46,359 nucleotides of DNA, from the IMG/VR virus record IMGVR_UViG_3300037424_000570, positions 1 through 46,359 of that record, one strand, 5' to 3'. A program made the position numbers and the translations under genes. The notes below the pieces were generated by a model. It had not been told where the DNA came from. It saw nothing but the letters and a program-made list of their open reading frames with translations, and searched no databases. The DNA comes from a virus (lineage: Duplodnaviria > Caudoviricetes). Position 1 is the stretch's first letter, and every line of letters begins with the position of its first letter. Positions 26,768 through 35,628 of this stretch are shown here, piece after piece.

Positions 26768-27252
26768 CTCGCCTCCGCCTCTTTCAGCCACTCCACGGCC
26801 AACTTGATCCATGCACCATAGCGAGCGATCTCGGCATCGGTATATTCGTAGCATTCCCCAATCTCCGCGTAGTGCTTCAGCCAGTAATCGTAGGGGTGCC
26901 GCTCGCAACCGATGGAGATGTATCCACCCGCCGCGATTGCCTGGTGCCTGCCGCCCTGAAATGTCGCAAATTGGCCTGCGGCGAAGCTCAGGTCGGCGTC
27001 ACTCAGGTTGGCCCCGCTCAGGTTGGCCCCGCGCAGGTTGGCCCCACTCAGGTTGGCCCCGCTCAGGTCGGCGTCACTCAGGTTGGCCCCGCTCAGGTTG
27101 GCCCCGCGCAGGTTGGCCCCACTCAGGTTGGCCCCGCTCAGGTTGGCCCCACTCAGGTTGGCGTTGCGCAGGTCGGCGCGTTCGCCGCCAACCTCGCCGC
27201 GCAGCCGTGCCGCGTGTTTGGTAAGAACAACTTTTAGATCATCTGCGTTCAT
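26764..27252 (-). CDS. Pentapeptide-repeat protein
   Basis: A(N/D)L(S/R)G repeats; [15 protein letters not shown]-terminus and ISIGCERH...W C-terminus. Confidence 0.92.
   Translation of the reverse strand: MNADDLKVVLTKHAARLRGEVGGERADLRNANLSGANLSGANLSGANLRGANLSGANLSDADLSGANLSGANLRGANLSGANLSDADLSFAAGQFATFQGGRHQAIAAGGYISIGCERHPYDYWLKHYAEIGECYEYTDAEIARYGAWIKLAVEWLKEAEAR
26986..27175. repeat. 15-bp tandem units with an exact 75-bp higher-order duplication
   Basis: 26986-27068 equals 27061-27143; encodes the pentapeptide repeats. Confidence 0.9.
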
Positions 27253-27425
27253 CTCGCCTCATTCCTCTCCAGGTATTCCTCCAGCGCCCTGCGCACGATC
27301 TCGCTGGCGCTGGTGTACTCGCCGGTATCCAGCGTTCTCTGCGCGGCCAGTTGATTTACTCGCCGCCGCAGTTCCGGGGAAACCAAACTCGACAAACCCA
27401 CTTGTTCAGGTTTTTTCTCGTCCAT
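27249..27425 (-). CDS. Ribbon-helix-helix (Arc/CopG-like) regulator in the Cro position (58 aa, not in ORF track)
   Basis: [20 protein letters not shown]...[14 protein letters not shown]; GGAG RBS; first gene of the leftward early operon. Confidence 0.75.
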   Translation of the reverse strand: MDEKKPEQVGLSSLVSPELRRRVNQLAAQRTLDTGEYTSASEIVRRALEEYLERNEAR

Positions 27426-27474
27426 TTTTTACTCCGTAGTAGTCTACTATATCTGTAGTCACTTCACTGTATAC

Positions 27475-27503
27475 AGTCTAGCACAGTGTTTCTAATATGT
27501 CAA
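27475..27503 (-). promoter_or_regulatory. Early leftward promoter
   Basis: TTGACA-N17-TAGACT with extended TG; ACTGTATACAGT palindrome at the predicted start site. Confidence 0.75.
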
Positions 27504-27542
27504 TAAGGAGTTTTGTGCTATCATTATGACGGAGGTGAAACC

Positions 27543-28094
27543 ATGTATACGGACGACTATGTTGAAGATGAGATAGACGATCACGGGAGCGAACTACGTG
27601 AATTCTTCGAGACACGCTTCGCCCGCTTTGCGGAGATGAAAATGAAGAACCGTAAGCGGCATGGGCCGATGCCGTCGGTCAATACCTTTGCTGAATTCCT
27701 CCATCAGCACCCGGCAACTGTTGGGAGTTGGATGCGTGGAGCGCGACCATCCATCGGCTTGCAGAAAGTAGTGGAATTAGCGATCAGGTTTTGGGAGTTG
27801 GGGGAAGTTGGTAACAGCCCCTTCGGCTCACAAGACGCTGATGAATTGTTCAGGGTTGCCGGTCACGAGCCGGTCATGCGTATCAGTGACTTCAGGTTGA
27901 AGGAAATTGCCTATCAATGGAATAGGCTGGACAAAGATAGCCAGGAGGATCTATACCGCCGTGCATACCAACTCCTCGATACACAAGGAAATCACAGGCC
28001 AGCAGCTAGTGACGGAGGGGATGCCCCCCCTGACGAGCGACGAACTGCTGATGGGAATACTACAGACCTGGCGGAAACTAAACCACCACGGTAG
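27543..28094 (+). CDS. HTH (XRE-like) repressor
   Basis: SVNTFAEFLHQHPATVGSWMRGARPS HTH; GGAGGTGA RBS; divergent from the RHH gene. Confidence 0.7.
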   Translation: MYTDDYVEDEIDDHGSELREFFETRFARFAEMKMKNRKRHGPMPSVNTFAEFLHQHPATVGSWMRGARPSIGLQKVVELAIRFWELGEVGNSPFGSQDADELFRVAGHEPVMRISDFRLKEIAYQWNRLDKDSQEDLYRRAYQLLDTQGNHRPAASDGGDAPPDERRTADGNTTDLAETKPPR

Positions 28095-28176
28095 GGTTTT
28101 GATGTGGCGTAGATTCTTGACGCACTACAAGAATATGAAAATCTGGTCCCGGTTATTGCTCAAGATGGGCCGATAG
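28021..28176 (+). CDS. Small basic protein overlapping the repressor 3' end (51 aa)
   Basis: GGAGG RBS before ATG 28021. Confidence 0.5.
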   Translation: MPPLTSDELLMGILQTWRKLNHHGRVLMWRRFLTHYKNMKIWSRLLLKMGR

Positions 28177-28399
28177 ACTACAAGAGCCAGACATAACTAC
28201 TGTGTCTGGTTTCTTGTACGAGTTTTATAGAGACTACGTATATATTTCGCTTAATAGTACCTATCAGAATGCCAATACTGATTAGTGCGTGATACTGTAC
28301 TTAGTCATATACAGTGTAATCTAACAGTTTTGCAAGGAGATTTCTACCGTAGTTGTGACAAATGTGTACAGCTGTTATAAAACCATGCTAAGATAGTGC

Positions 28400-28490
28400 A
28401 GACCTGGTTTCACCTCCAAGAAAATCAGGTACGCATCCTAAATGGGACAAGGGGGAGAAGTCCCATCTAAGGAAATTGCCCCTTAAGCGA
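28400..28490 (+). ncRNA. Candidate anti-Shine-Dalgarno sRNA
   Basis: Upstream TGcTAAGAT and TTGTGA-N17-TATAAA; hairpin with CCUCC loop; 28405-28417 is the exact reverse complement of 27531-27543; possible 3' pseudoknot. Confidence 0.5.
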
Positions 28491-28510
28491 CTACGTATAA
28501 CAAAATAAAT

Positions 28511-28600
28511 ACACAGTATTGATACTGTGTTATAATTATATTTATAAAGCCCCGGTCGCACCGGGCAGCACGCCCGGCTAAACGAGTCGGGCGTTCGCTT
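28511..28600 (+). promoter_or_regulatory. Promoter, palindrome and double-hairpin leader of the holin operon
   Basis: ACACAGTAT-TG-ATACTGTGT palindrome; TGtTATAAT; hairpins CCCGGT/ACCGGG and ACGCCCGGCT/AGTCGGGCGT. Confidence 0.6.
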
Positions 28601-28617
28601 TATGGAGGAAAAATCAA

Positions 28618-28890
28618 ATGGAACAAGTATTCGGAGCCGTGACGCCGTTCTCGATCATGATGGTGGTCACACTACTCACCCAGTGGATCAAAGCAAATTA
28701 CACGCTCACCGCCAGGCAGGTCCAATATGTCGCCCTGGCGTTTTCATTGGTCCTCATCGTCGCATTCCAACTGTTGACTGTCGAGGGCATCGACGCCTTC
28801 GCCGTATTCAGCGCGCTGATCTTCGCCCTGTTGGGGTGGTTCGCAGCCATTGGGATGTACGAGGTGGCGACAAAGCAGCTAGGCAAATAG
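28618..28890 (+). CDS. Putative holin
   Basis: 90 aa, three TM segments, LTQWIK and GMYEVATK pattern; GGAGG RBS. Confidence 0.7.
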   Translation: MEQVFGAVTPFSIMMVVTLLTQWIKANYTLTARQVQYVALAFSLVLIVAFQLLTVEGIDAFAVFSALIFALLGWFAAIGMYEVATKQLGK

Positions 28891-28894
28891 CGCC

Positions 28895-29203
28895 ATGCCC
28901 ACCGACACCGCCGCCGACAACAACGGGAGGGTGACAGTCGCCATAATCGGACAGCGGCTCGACGCCCTGATAGCGCAGAATGAGAAATTCCTTGACAAAT
29001 TTGAAAGACACCTGGAGCAGGCGCACACGCGCGACCGTGAGCTTGCCCTGCTGCGCCGGGACATGGACGACATCGAGTGCGACGTGAGAGACCACACCGA
29101 GAAGATCGAGAAGATCGACACGCGTGAGAAAATTTGGTCGGGCGCAAACTCGATACTCGCAACCATCGCCGGTATCCTGGGCGGCGCTGGACTGAGACAG
29201 TAG
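28895..29203 (+). CDS. Coiled-coil protein with C-terminal hydrophobic anchor (lysis accessory-like)
   Basis: Follows the holin; heptad region then ILATIAGILGG. Confidence 0.55.
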   Translation: MPTDTAADNNGRVTVAIIGQRLDALIAQNEKFLDKFERHLEQAHTRDRELALLRRDMDDIECDVRDHTEKIEKIDTREKIWSGANSILATIAGILGGAGLRQ

Positions 29204-29217
29204 AAAGAAGGGATGAC

Positions 29218-29460
29218 ATGAGTGCAGAAGAACAGATAGACCTATTGGCTGATTACATCATGGCAGAAATTCCGAAAGAAATATTCGACGGGGGAGCGGG
29301 AGACGTGGCGGTTAAGGTTCTCAAGAAGCACCGTAAAGCATTCCGGGACATCATGAATGAATTGGGCGTTCCGGGAGATGGGTATCCTGCTCCAGTTGCC
29401 AATGCCTACCGTATTGCCGAGTTGACACTGGACGGGGGAGATCATGAAACGCAAACCTAA
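29218..29460 (+). CDS. Hypothetical protein
   Basis: Start MSAEEQID; ELGVPGDGYPAPVANAY motif. Confidence 0.6.
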   Translation: MSAEEQIDLLADYIMAEIPKEIFDGGAGDVAVKVLKKHRKAFRDIMNELGVPGDGYPAPVANAYRIAELTLDGGDHETQT

Positions 29461-29827
29461 GAAAGTTTCCCCGCTCCTCGAAGTCCTGATTTTCCTGGCG
29501 CTGGTGGCGCTGTGTCTGCTAATCTTCTTGTGGTTCTGGACGTGGCCCTCACCACCGCCAACGCGGACGCCAACCGCAACACAGACTGCCATGCCAACGA
29601 GGACATTTACCCCCATTCCAGACACCCCCACTGCCACATTTTCGCCAACTGCCACTAACACCCCCCTAGTGGCAAATTCCGAAACGCCAACACCGCTACC
29701 GCCCACATTGACGCCCCTCCCGCCGCCCACGCTGACACCCCCGCCGCTGCGACCGGACGTGGAGGACTGCAAGCGGCTGATCAATCCCGACCGGGAACGG
29801 GTTAGAGCGTGTTTGGAGAGGAGATAG
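29444..29827 (+). CDS. Membrane-anchored Pro/Thr-rich protein
   Basis: TM helix followed by PTxT repeats and a Cys pair. Confidence 0.65.
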   Translation: MKRKPKKVSPLLEVLIFLALVALCLLIFLWFWTWPSPPPTRTPTATQTAMPTRTFTPIPDTPTATFSPTATNTPLVANSETPTPLPPTLTPLPPPTLTPPPLRPDVEDCKRLINPDRERVRACLERR

Positions 29828-29829
29828 CG

Positions 29830-30030
29830 ATGGATGAGGCAATTGCCAAACGAATCATCGCCGCCTTCGATGTTCTGCAGAATGGCTTTTATGAATCAGA
29901 TTGCACTGAGCAAAATGAGGCCGATGTCGAGAGCATAAGAAAGCGTTATGCAGAACTGAAATGGAATTTGTCTTTTAGCGATGCCATGAGAACTGCTAAG
30001 ACGGAATTTATTCTCATGGTATCGCAATAA
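29830..30030 (+). CDS. Hypothetical protein
   Basis: GAGGAG RBS. Confidence 0.55.
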   Translation: MDEAIAKRIIAAFDVLQNGFYESDCTEQNEADVESIRKRYAELKWNLSFSDAMRTAKTEFILMVSQ

Positions 30031-30052
30031 TACCGTACCCTAACAATTGAAT

Positions 30053-30871
30053 ATGCCAACACACCTGATAGTCGTAAGTGACTTTCACATCAACAGCACG
30101 TGCGCCCTCTGCATCCCCGGTGTGAACCTGGACGACGGCGGTACATATCATCTCAGCCGCACGCAGCACGAACTATGGCGGGCATGGCTTGACTTCTGCC
30201 AGGAGTGCGCCGCTCTCCCCGGTCGCAAGGTCGTGCTCATCAATGGCGACATGGGCGAGCTGGATACCAAGCGTCGCTCCGTACAGCTCATCACCGCCAA
30301 CAAAGCTACCATTCTGCACACTGTGTCAGATACGCTCGCCCCGATATTCGACCTGGCCGATCGGGTGATCGTCACCCGTGGCACTCAGGCGCACGTCGGC
30401 AAGGGCGCCTGGCTGGAAGAAGTGATCGCCGCCGACCTGGACCACATCGTCAAGGATAAAACCAAGAAAACATCGAGCTGGTATCACATTCGCACCACAA
30501 TCGACGGCAAGCACATCGATGCCAGCCACCACGCCAGCATGTCAGGGATGCCGTGGGGCAAGGGCAACAGCGCCAATAACCTGGCGCATAAAATAACCTG
30601 GGCTTACATGGTGGACATGCACCAGCCGCCGCCGGATCTGGCCTTGCGGTCGCATAACCACAGGCTGGCACGCAGCGAGGGCTTCCCGGTCGAGGTGCAG
30701 TACACCCCGGCCTGGACCAGCGCCACGGAATTCGTCTATCGCCAGGGCTACGAGAACACGCTGGCTGACATTGGCGGGTTGATTTACACAATCGAAGCTG
30801 GACAGATGAGCAAGCGGGAAATCATATTCAAGCCCGCAGAAATGAAACGGATATGGAAACTTACAATCTAG
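30053..30871 (+). CDS. Calcineurin-like metallophosphoesterase
   Basis: VSDFH, NGD, RGTxAH, HH and SHNH motifs. Confidence 0.8.
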   Translation: MPTHLIVVSDFHINSTCALCIPGVNLDDGGTYHLSRTQHELWRAWLDFCQECAALPGRKVVLINGDMGELDTKRRSVQLITANKATILHTVSDTLAPIFDLADRVIVTRGTQAHVGKGAWLEEVIAADLDHIVKDKTKKTSSWYHIRTTIDGKHIDASHHASMSGMPWGKGNSANNLAHKITWAYMVDMHQPPPDLALRSHNHRLARSEGFPVEVQYTPAWTSATEFVYRQGYENTLADIGGLIYTIEAGQMSKREIIFKPAEMKRIWKLTI

Positions 30872-31098
30872 AGCTGACAGAGGACGAACTGCTCGCCGAA
30901 CTCCTGTCGGAGATCGGCATCGAGAAACTTCCCCGCTTCGAGGATGGCTGGCGCAGTGTGTCTCAAATGGCTGAGGCAAGCGGTGAAACGCCTGAGTATG
31001 TCCGCAGCCGGGCTGAGAAGAAGTACAAGCTCGGCCTGGTGGAGCGGTGTATCTACAAGAAGTCGCATTATTATCGGACGAAACAGGATATTGAATAG
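30853..31098 (+). CDS. Small winged-HTH-like protein
   Basis: SVSQMAEASGETPEYVRSR...GLVER...YYR. Confidence 0.55.
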   Translation: METYNLELTEDELLAELLSEIGIEKLPRFEDGWRSVSQMAEASGETPEYVRSRAEKKYKLGLVERCIYKKSHYYRTKQDIE

Positions 31099-31110
31099 AA
31101 AGGCGAAGAG

Positions 31111-31452
31111 ATGAAGATCGAGGATTGGATTTATGACCATCTCGGTATTGAGTGGTGCGGCAAAGGCGGCGGCATGGCCCCTCCTGGCGATCATCTGACT
31201 CTTGAATTTGGCGAACCAAATGATGACGGTCGTCCAGTATATGTTGCCAGTACCACTAATGATGGGTTTGAATTGTATGTAGGATTTCGCAACGAGTGGT
31301 TATTCCATTGCTGGGCTGGAGATGCTCGCCGCATAGCATGGTTCGTGCTGTGGGATTGGTGGATCAAATCTACGTGGTTTGGGCTGAAGCGAATCATCTG
31401 GTATTGGGCGCTCGGTCGCAGGGTTGCAAAATATCGAGGGCTAGCTAAGTGA
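31111..31452 (+). CDS. Trp-rich hypothetical protein
   Basis: RBS; operon packing. Confidence 0.55.
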   Translation: MKIEDWIYDHLGIEWCGKGGGMAPPGDHLTLEFGEPNDDGRPVYVASTTNDGFELYVGFRNEWLFHCWAGDARRIAWFVLWDWWIKSTWFGLKRIIWYWALGRRVAKYRGLAK

Positions 31453-31542
31453 TCCGCCTCCTCCTCTGCCTGCTCGATGCGCTGTTCCGCCACCCGCGGT
31501 ATGTAGTATCACGCGGCAGTATCAGGGATAAGAGGCTGTGAC

Positions 31543-31743
31543 ATGGGCAATCGTTTACTTCATGTTCCGCATTACGTCACCTTCAGCGAAATATGGAGTA
31601 TGGGAAATCACTCCGGGATTGGTCGCTTCTGGAAGCGCCGTCTCTCAAAGGCAAGACGGCGCTACATCCGCGACCTGCTTCGCCTCGGACGCGGCAAGGA
31701 ACCGGCTGGACTGGAAAGCGTTGTGAACTGGAAGGACTGGTGA
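31543..31743 (+). CDS. Small Arg-rich protein
   Basis: FWKRRLSKARRR; GAGG RBS. Confidence 0.5.
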   Translation: MGNRLLHVPHYVTFSEIWSMGNHSGIGRFWKRRLSKARRRYIRDLLRLGRGKEPAGLESVVNWKDW

Positions 31744-31819
31744 CTCTCTTCGCCCTCTGTTTCTTGCTTGCGTTTGCCTATGTATACATTTTTGTAGAGG
31801 TTACAGAAAGGATTGCAAG

Positions 31820-32050
31820 ATGGATGTTACGGTTGATTTTATAACGATAGGCGCCAAGTTGATCGAGCGCCACTGTAAGACCTGTATCTCCCGGGTCCGC
31901 GGCGAAGATACATCATGGGGCGGATGTTCAAGTCCGAAATTCAACCGCACGGGCGACGTCTCAACCGACACGGACGGCGTAGAACTCGGTTGCTGGGCGC
32001 TGTTCGGCGAGGACTTCGGCTGCGTGCATTGGGCGGAGAAACAAGACTAG
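31820..32050 (+). CDS. Small Cys-rich protein
   Basis: CKTC...C...EDFGCVHW. Confidence 0.6.
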   Translation: MDVTVDFITIGAKLIERHCKTCISRVRGEDTSWGGCSSPKFNRTGDVSTDTDGVELGCWALFGEDFGCVHWAEKQD

Positions 32051-32559
32051 CCGAAGCGCGTCGCCTTGATTGAAACGTAGTTGTAAGCGGAGTTGTTATA
32101 AAGCGCCAGATTGCCCCCCGTTGTCTGGCGTATCTGTATGTCGATATACCATCCTGCCACCAAGTAGATGTCATCTGATCCACTGAGCGACATGTACACC
32201 GCTCCCCCGCTGGAATCAAGTCCCGCTCTGTGCGCCAGGTTTGAGTATTCTGCCCCATTCTTGTACAGAAACAAACTTGCCGCTTCGGTGAGCGCCCAGG
32301 CTGTGCTTGCATCGAACATATTGCGCGCTTTCACCGAGTAATAAGCAGTCATCGGGGCTGTGAACTTCCAGTTCGCTCCGGTTGTTACGCAATTGTGTGT
32401 GTCGTAAAAGTTGTAATCGTAATTTACAATAGTTGTACTTGCTGTTGAGATAACCTGAGCCGCATCGGTGATGTAGCGCGTCGCAATCGTGCGCCCGCCG
32501 ACCATCATCTTGTTCAGCCTGCGTTCCAGTTCCATCACCTTTGCTTCGAGTTTATCCAT
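32047..32559 (-). CDS. C1q-like domain tail/receptor-binding protein
   Basis: Short coiled coil, then YDTHN...KFTAPMTAYY...LYKNG beta-sandwich pattern. Confidence 0.7.
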   Translation of the reverse strand: MDKLEAKVMELERRLNKMMVGGRTIATRYITDAAQVISTASTTIVNYDYNFYDTHNCVTTGANWKFTAPMTAYYSVKARNMFDASTAWALTEAASLFLYKNGAEYSNLAHRAGLDSSGGAVYMSLSGSDDIYLVAGWYIDIQIRQTTGGNLALYNNSAYNYVSIKATRFG

Positions 32560-32917
32560 GCAGTTTCTTCCTCACCACGGCGACTACCTGTTCCTGCGGT
32601 GTATCGCTGTCTACCTCGTCTTCGGTTATCACCTTCACTTCCGGCACACCGAAGTGATTGGCGATGCGCCTCCGCTGGAGCACGTCCTCGGACTTCGCCG
32701 CGCCTGTGTGCCAGCGGCCTCCATCGTACTCCAGCGGCTGAGAGAGAGGAATAGTCATCACCAGCCAGTCGATCACCACGCCGCCGCGCAAGAACTGCCC
32801 ACCCCATAACTCGTATTGAAAGATATATTTCAGCCCCAGCGTATCGAGCGCGGCGGAGATCTTCGCCTCCGGTATCGTCGCCCAGCTTCCCTGTACTAGA
32901 ATTGGCTCGTCGCTCAT
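32552..32917 (-). CDS. DUF559-like nuclease-fold protein
   Basis: PE..I..AL...QY...VIDW...EYDG.RWH. Confidence 0.6.
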   Translation of the reverse strand: MSDEPILVQGSWATIPEAKISAALDTLGLKYIFQYELWGGQFLRGGVVIDWLVMTIPLSQPLEYDGGRWHTGAAKSEDVLQRRRIANHFGVPEVKVITEDEVDSDTPQEQVVAVVRKKLHG

Positions 32918-35628
32918 ATTTCGATCAGTTGGAACTGGACAACGTAGCTCGTCTTGCCCTTCGTGTTGATCGCCTTGAAGCCCCGGGGGGTCAGTCCATC
33001 CACGAACGCGGTCTTCCCGTCGAGCATGTCGATCTGACTCTCGATCGTGGCGGGCGTCGTGCTGTCGTTCATGGTGTTCAAGGCGTTGAACTTTGCCAGC
33101 GCGCTGGCGTATTCCGGGTCATCGTCCGGGTCGAGCCGGCAGCTTACGGTCGTCACGTATTTATTAGTCAGCCTGGTTATGGCTTCGAGCACGGTAGCCA
33201 GGACGCGTGGGGTAAGGTCCTCGTTCGTCGTCGCCAGCCTGAACTTGAAGCAGATACGGTAGCCGGTGACGCTTGGCGTGGCGGCTAAGTCCAGCTCCTC
33301 TCCGAACGTGTCGATAGAACCGGTGACGCTGGTCCAGGAGGTGTCGTTGTTGACCTGATAAGACACGTCAACGTATTGATTGCTGGCTGTCAGTTCCTCG
33401 GCCACAACCTTGATGGAGTTGAATAACTTGTTTACGGCGTGAAGCTCCAGGTATATCCAGGAGGTTATCAGGTGCCCTTCCGAGCAGAATGGATAACCAT
33501 TATCGGGGTGGTTGAACGGATCTACTGACAGGGGCAGCCAATATAACGCAGGTCCGGCATTGAACCACAGCCTGTCTACCGTGTTTCCCGGAATGCTCTG
33601 GGCATACAGGCTTTGGATTCTCTGCCCCAGTGCGGCCAGATACATTTCGCACCAGCCCTGCTCGTTGTATGCCAGGATGCTCGAATAGCCCGCTGTCCCG
33701 GCGTCGACGCTCCCATAAAGTATGTCTGCGTATCCCGTAATGGCAGAGAAATGTCCCTGCCTGTTGCTGCTCGGTATTCCGGCCTCTGCCTTGTCTGGTC
33801 CAACTCTGTCCAGACTGCCGCGGTAGTAGCGGTTCATGCTCTGGTGCCAGCTTGTGTACAGGTAAACACCCTGCACCCAGTGCGCCATCCCGTTCCGGTA
33901 ATCCCGCGACGACCTGAACTGGTGTACGTCCACGTCATACCACTTGCGGTCTTCGTAATATTTCATCCCGCCCTCTTTCAGGGCGAACGGGGTTTCGTAG
34001 CCGTAATTGGGATGAGCATACAGTTCCAACCCGCGGACGCGCTCGTAAGTATCGCCGCAACTGATGTTGTCTTCCCACACCAGGGCGGCCTCGCCGCTCC
34101 CGGCCTTTGCCGAATAGTCTATCACCGGCGCTATGGCGGTCTGCGATGGGTAGCCGCCCTTCGCCCCCATGATGTATGTGCCGCTCATGTCGGAGAAGAT
34201 TAATAGGTAGGTGAATTTGGCGTCGGTCGTATCCTCTTCCGCGCTCCCATCGCTGTATGTGCTGCCAGTGTGGTCGCTGAAATTGTAGGTCCAGGTTCCG
34301 CTGGCATCATAGGCGTACATCCTGACCATGACTGCGCTGTCGCCGCAGGCGAAATAGACCACGCCATTGGCGGATAGCACATCGGTTACTTTCACATTGT
34401 AGTTAGTATCAAAGGCCGCAATCTCCGTCCACTCATCGCTGTTCACAATGGCGAATATGGTGGTATCGTCCGGCATTATGTCGAAGGCCGGGCTTACGGT
34501 GAACGAGGACGTGATCGGCGGACCTGCGCCGCTGGCGTCATTGTCCGTGATCTCCCGCCAGGGTTGGGGCTGGTCTGTCCCTGTCCCTTTCACGAGGACA
34601 AATATCGACCCAATCGCCTCGTCCGCTGCCCAGTTCTTGATCCCGCTGTGGGTCTTTATCACGGTCGTGGTTGTGCCGGTAGTCTCGCACACTCCCTGGT
34701 CGCCATTGAGGTAGAGTTTGCTGTTCGTCGTGTTGTCGTACTGATAAGCCGCGTAGAGCGCGCCCTTATACTCGAAGTAATGCGCTTTGGTGTTGGTTGC
34801 CGCTGCGAGGACGGTGAAATATGGCACTTCATCATCTGTCCCCTGCGTCCAGGAGCTCCCATTCAGGCTGGTGTAGTAATCGTCTACGGACGTGCTTTCG
34901 TAGCAGTAAAAATATCCCTGATAACCAGACCCGGCGATCAATCTGAACAGGATGGCGTACTCGCTTCCAGAGTTCAGCGACTTGGCTACGTCCCAACTGA
35001 TCGAGGAAACCACGTTTGGCTGGAATTTCTGATCGGTATAGGCTGCGTTGGTGGCCCAGACGATATTCGCCACCGTGCCGCCCGAGATTTCACCGATCCC
35101 GGCCAGCACGCTCAGATTCCCGGGATAGGACCCCGATACTTTCGTTATGTTGATGCTGGTTTGCAGGTTTGCAACCGTCACCGTGGAAGTGGCCGCGAAA
35201 TTCCAGGCGTAATACACGGTCGTGGCGTCCGGCATTGCGATGGTTTTGGTGGTGTTGGCGTAGGTTGTGCCAAAGTTGGTGGCGTTGAATGATACTGTTG
35301 CCTTCCCGGCCAGAATGATCTGGCCCGGCCTGGTGGTGTCCACCTGGTAGCCGTCAAAGTACATCGAGGCGTCTTTGTCAAAGTCCTTGCTTCCCCTCCC
35401 TCCGCTCCAATCGGTCTGCGCTACCGGGGTCCAGGGAGGTTCCTGGTCGGAATACTTCTGCAGCCCTGAATACATCTTGAGGCTGGATTGCCTGATCGGG
35501 TCGCGTGTAAACGCCAGCTTATTCTCCCTGCCGTTCGGGTCGCACAGGATCATCGGGACTATCACGCCGTTGTGCGTGAGCTGGAGATCAAACTTCTGAT
35601 TGCGGGCATCCGGGTCTACGAGCGCCAT
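32914..35628 (-). CDS. Tail nozzle/tubular B-like structural protein (904 aa)
   Basis: Beta-rich, DWSGGRG N-terminal motif, follows a tubular-A-like gene. Confidence 0.7.
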   Translation of the reverse strand: MALVDPDARNQKFDLQLTHNGVIVPMILCDPNGRENKLAFTRDPIRQSSLKMYSGLQKYSDQEPPWTPVAQTDWSGGRGSKDFDKDASMYFDGYQVDTTRPGQIILAGKATVSFNATNFGTTYANTTKTIAMPDATTVYYAWNFAATSTVTVANLQTSINITKVSGSYPGNLSVLAGIGEISGGTVANIVWATNAAYTDQKFQPNVVSSISWDVAKSLNSGSEYAILFRLIAGSGYQGYFYCYESTSVDDYYTSLNGSSWTQGTDDEVPYFTVLAAATNTKAHYFEYKGALYAAYQYDNTTNSKLYLNGDQGVCETTGTTTTVIKTHSGIKNWAADEAIGSIFVLVKGTGTDQPQPWREITDNDASGAGPPITSSFTVSPAFDIMPDDTTIFAIVNSDEWTEIAAFDTNYNVKVTDVLSANGVVYFACGDSAVMVRMYAYDASGTWTYNFSDHTGSTYSDGSAEEDTTDAKFTYLLIFSDMSGTYIMGAKGGYPSQTAIAPVIDYSAKAGSGEAALVWEDNISCGDTYERVRGLELYAHPNYGYETPFALKEGGMKYYEDRKWYDVDVHQFRSSRDYRNGMAHWVQGVYLYTSWHQSMNRYYRGSLDRVGPDKAEAGIPSSNRQGHFSAITGYADILYGSVDAGTAGYSSILAYNEQGWCEMYLAALGQRIQSLYAQSIPGNTVDRLWFNAGPALYWLPLSVDPFNHPDNGYPFCSEGHLITSWIYLELHAVNKLFNSIKVVAEELTASNQYVDVSYQVNNDTSWTSVTGSIDTFGEELDLAATPSVTGYRICFKFRLATTNEDLTPRVLATVLEAITRLTNKYVTTVSCRLDPDDDPEYASALAKFNALNTMNDSTTPATIESQIDMLDGKTAFVDGLTPRGFKAINTKGKTSYVVQFQLIEI

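Noticed and set aside
26755-27439. Plus-strand repeat ORFs (QVGPA, RLAPL, SGWP repeats)
   Set aside because: Alternative frames of the pentapeptide-repeat DNA
28292-28316. LexA SOS box
   Set aside because: CTGT-N12-ACAG spacing does not fit CTGT-N8-ACAG, and the likely host would use another motif
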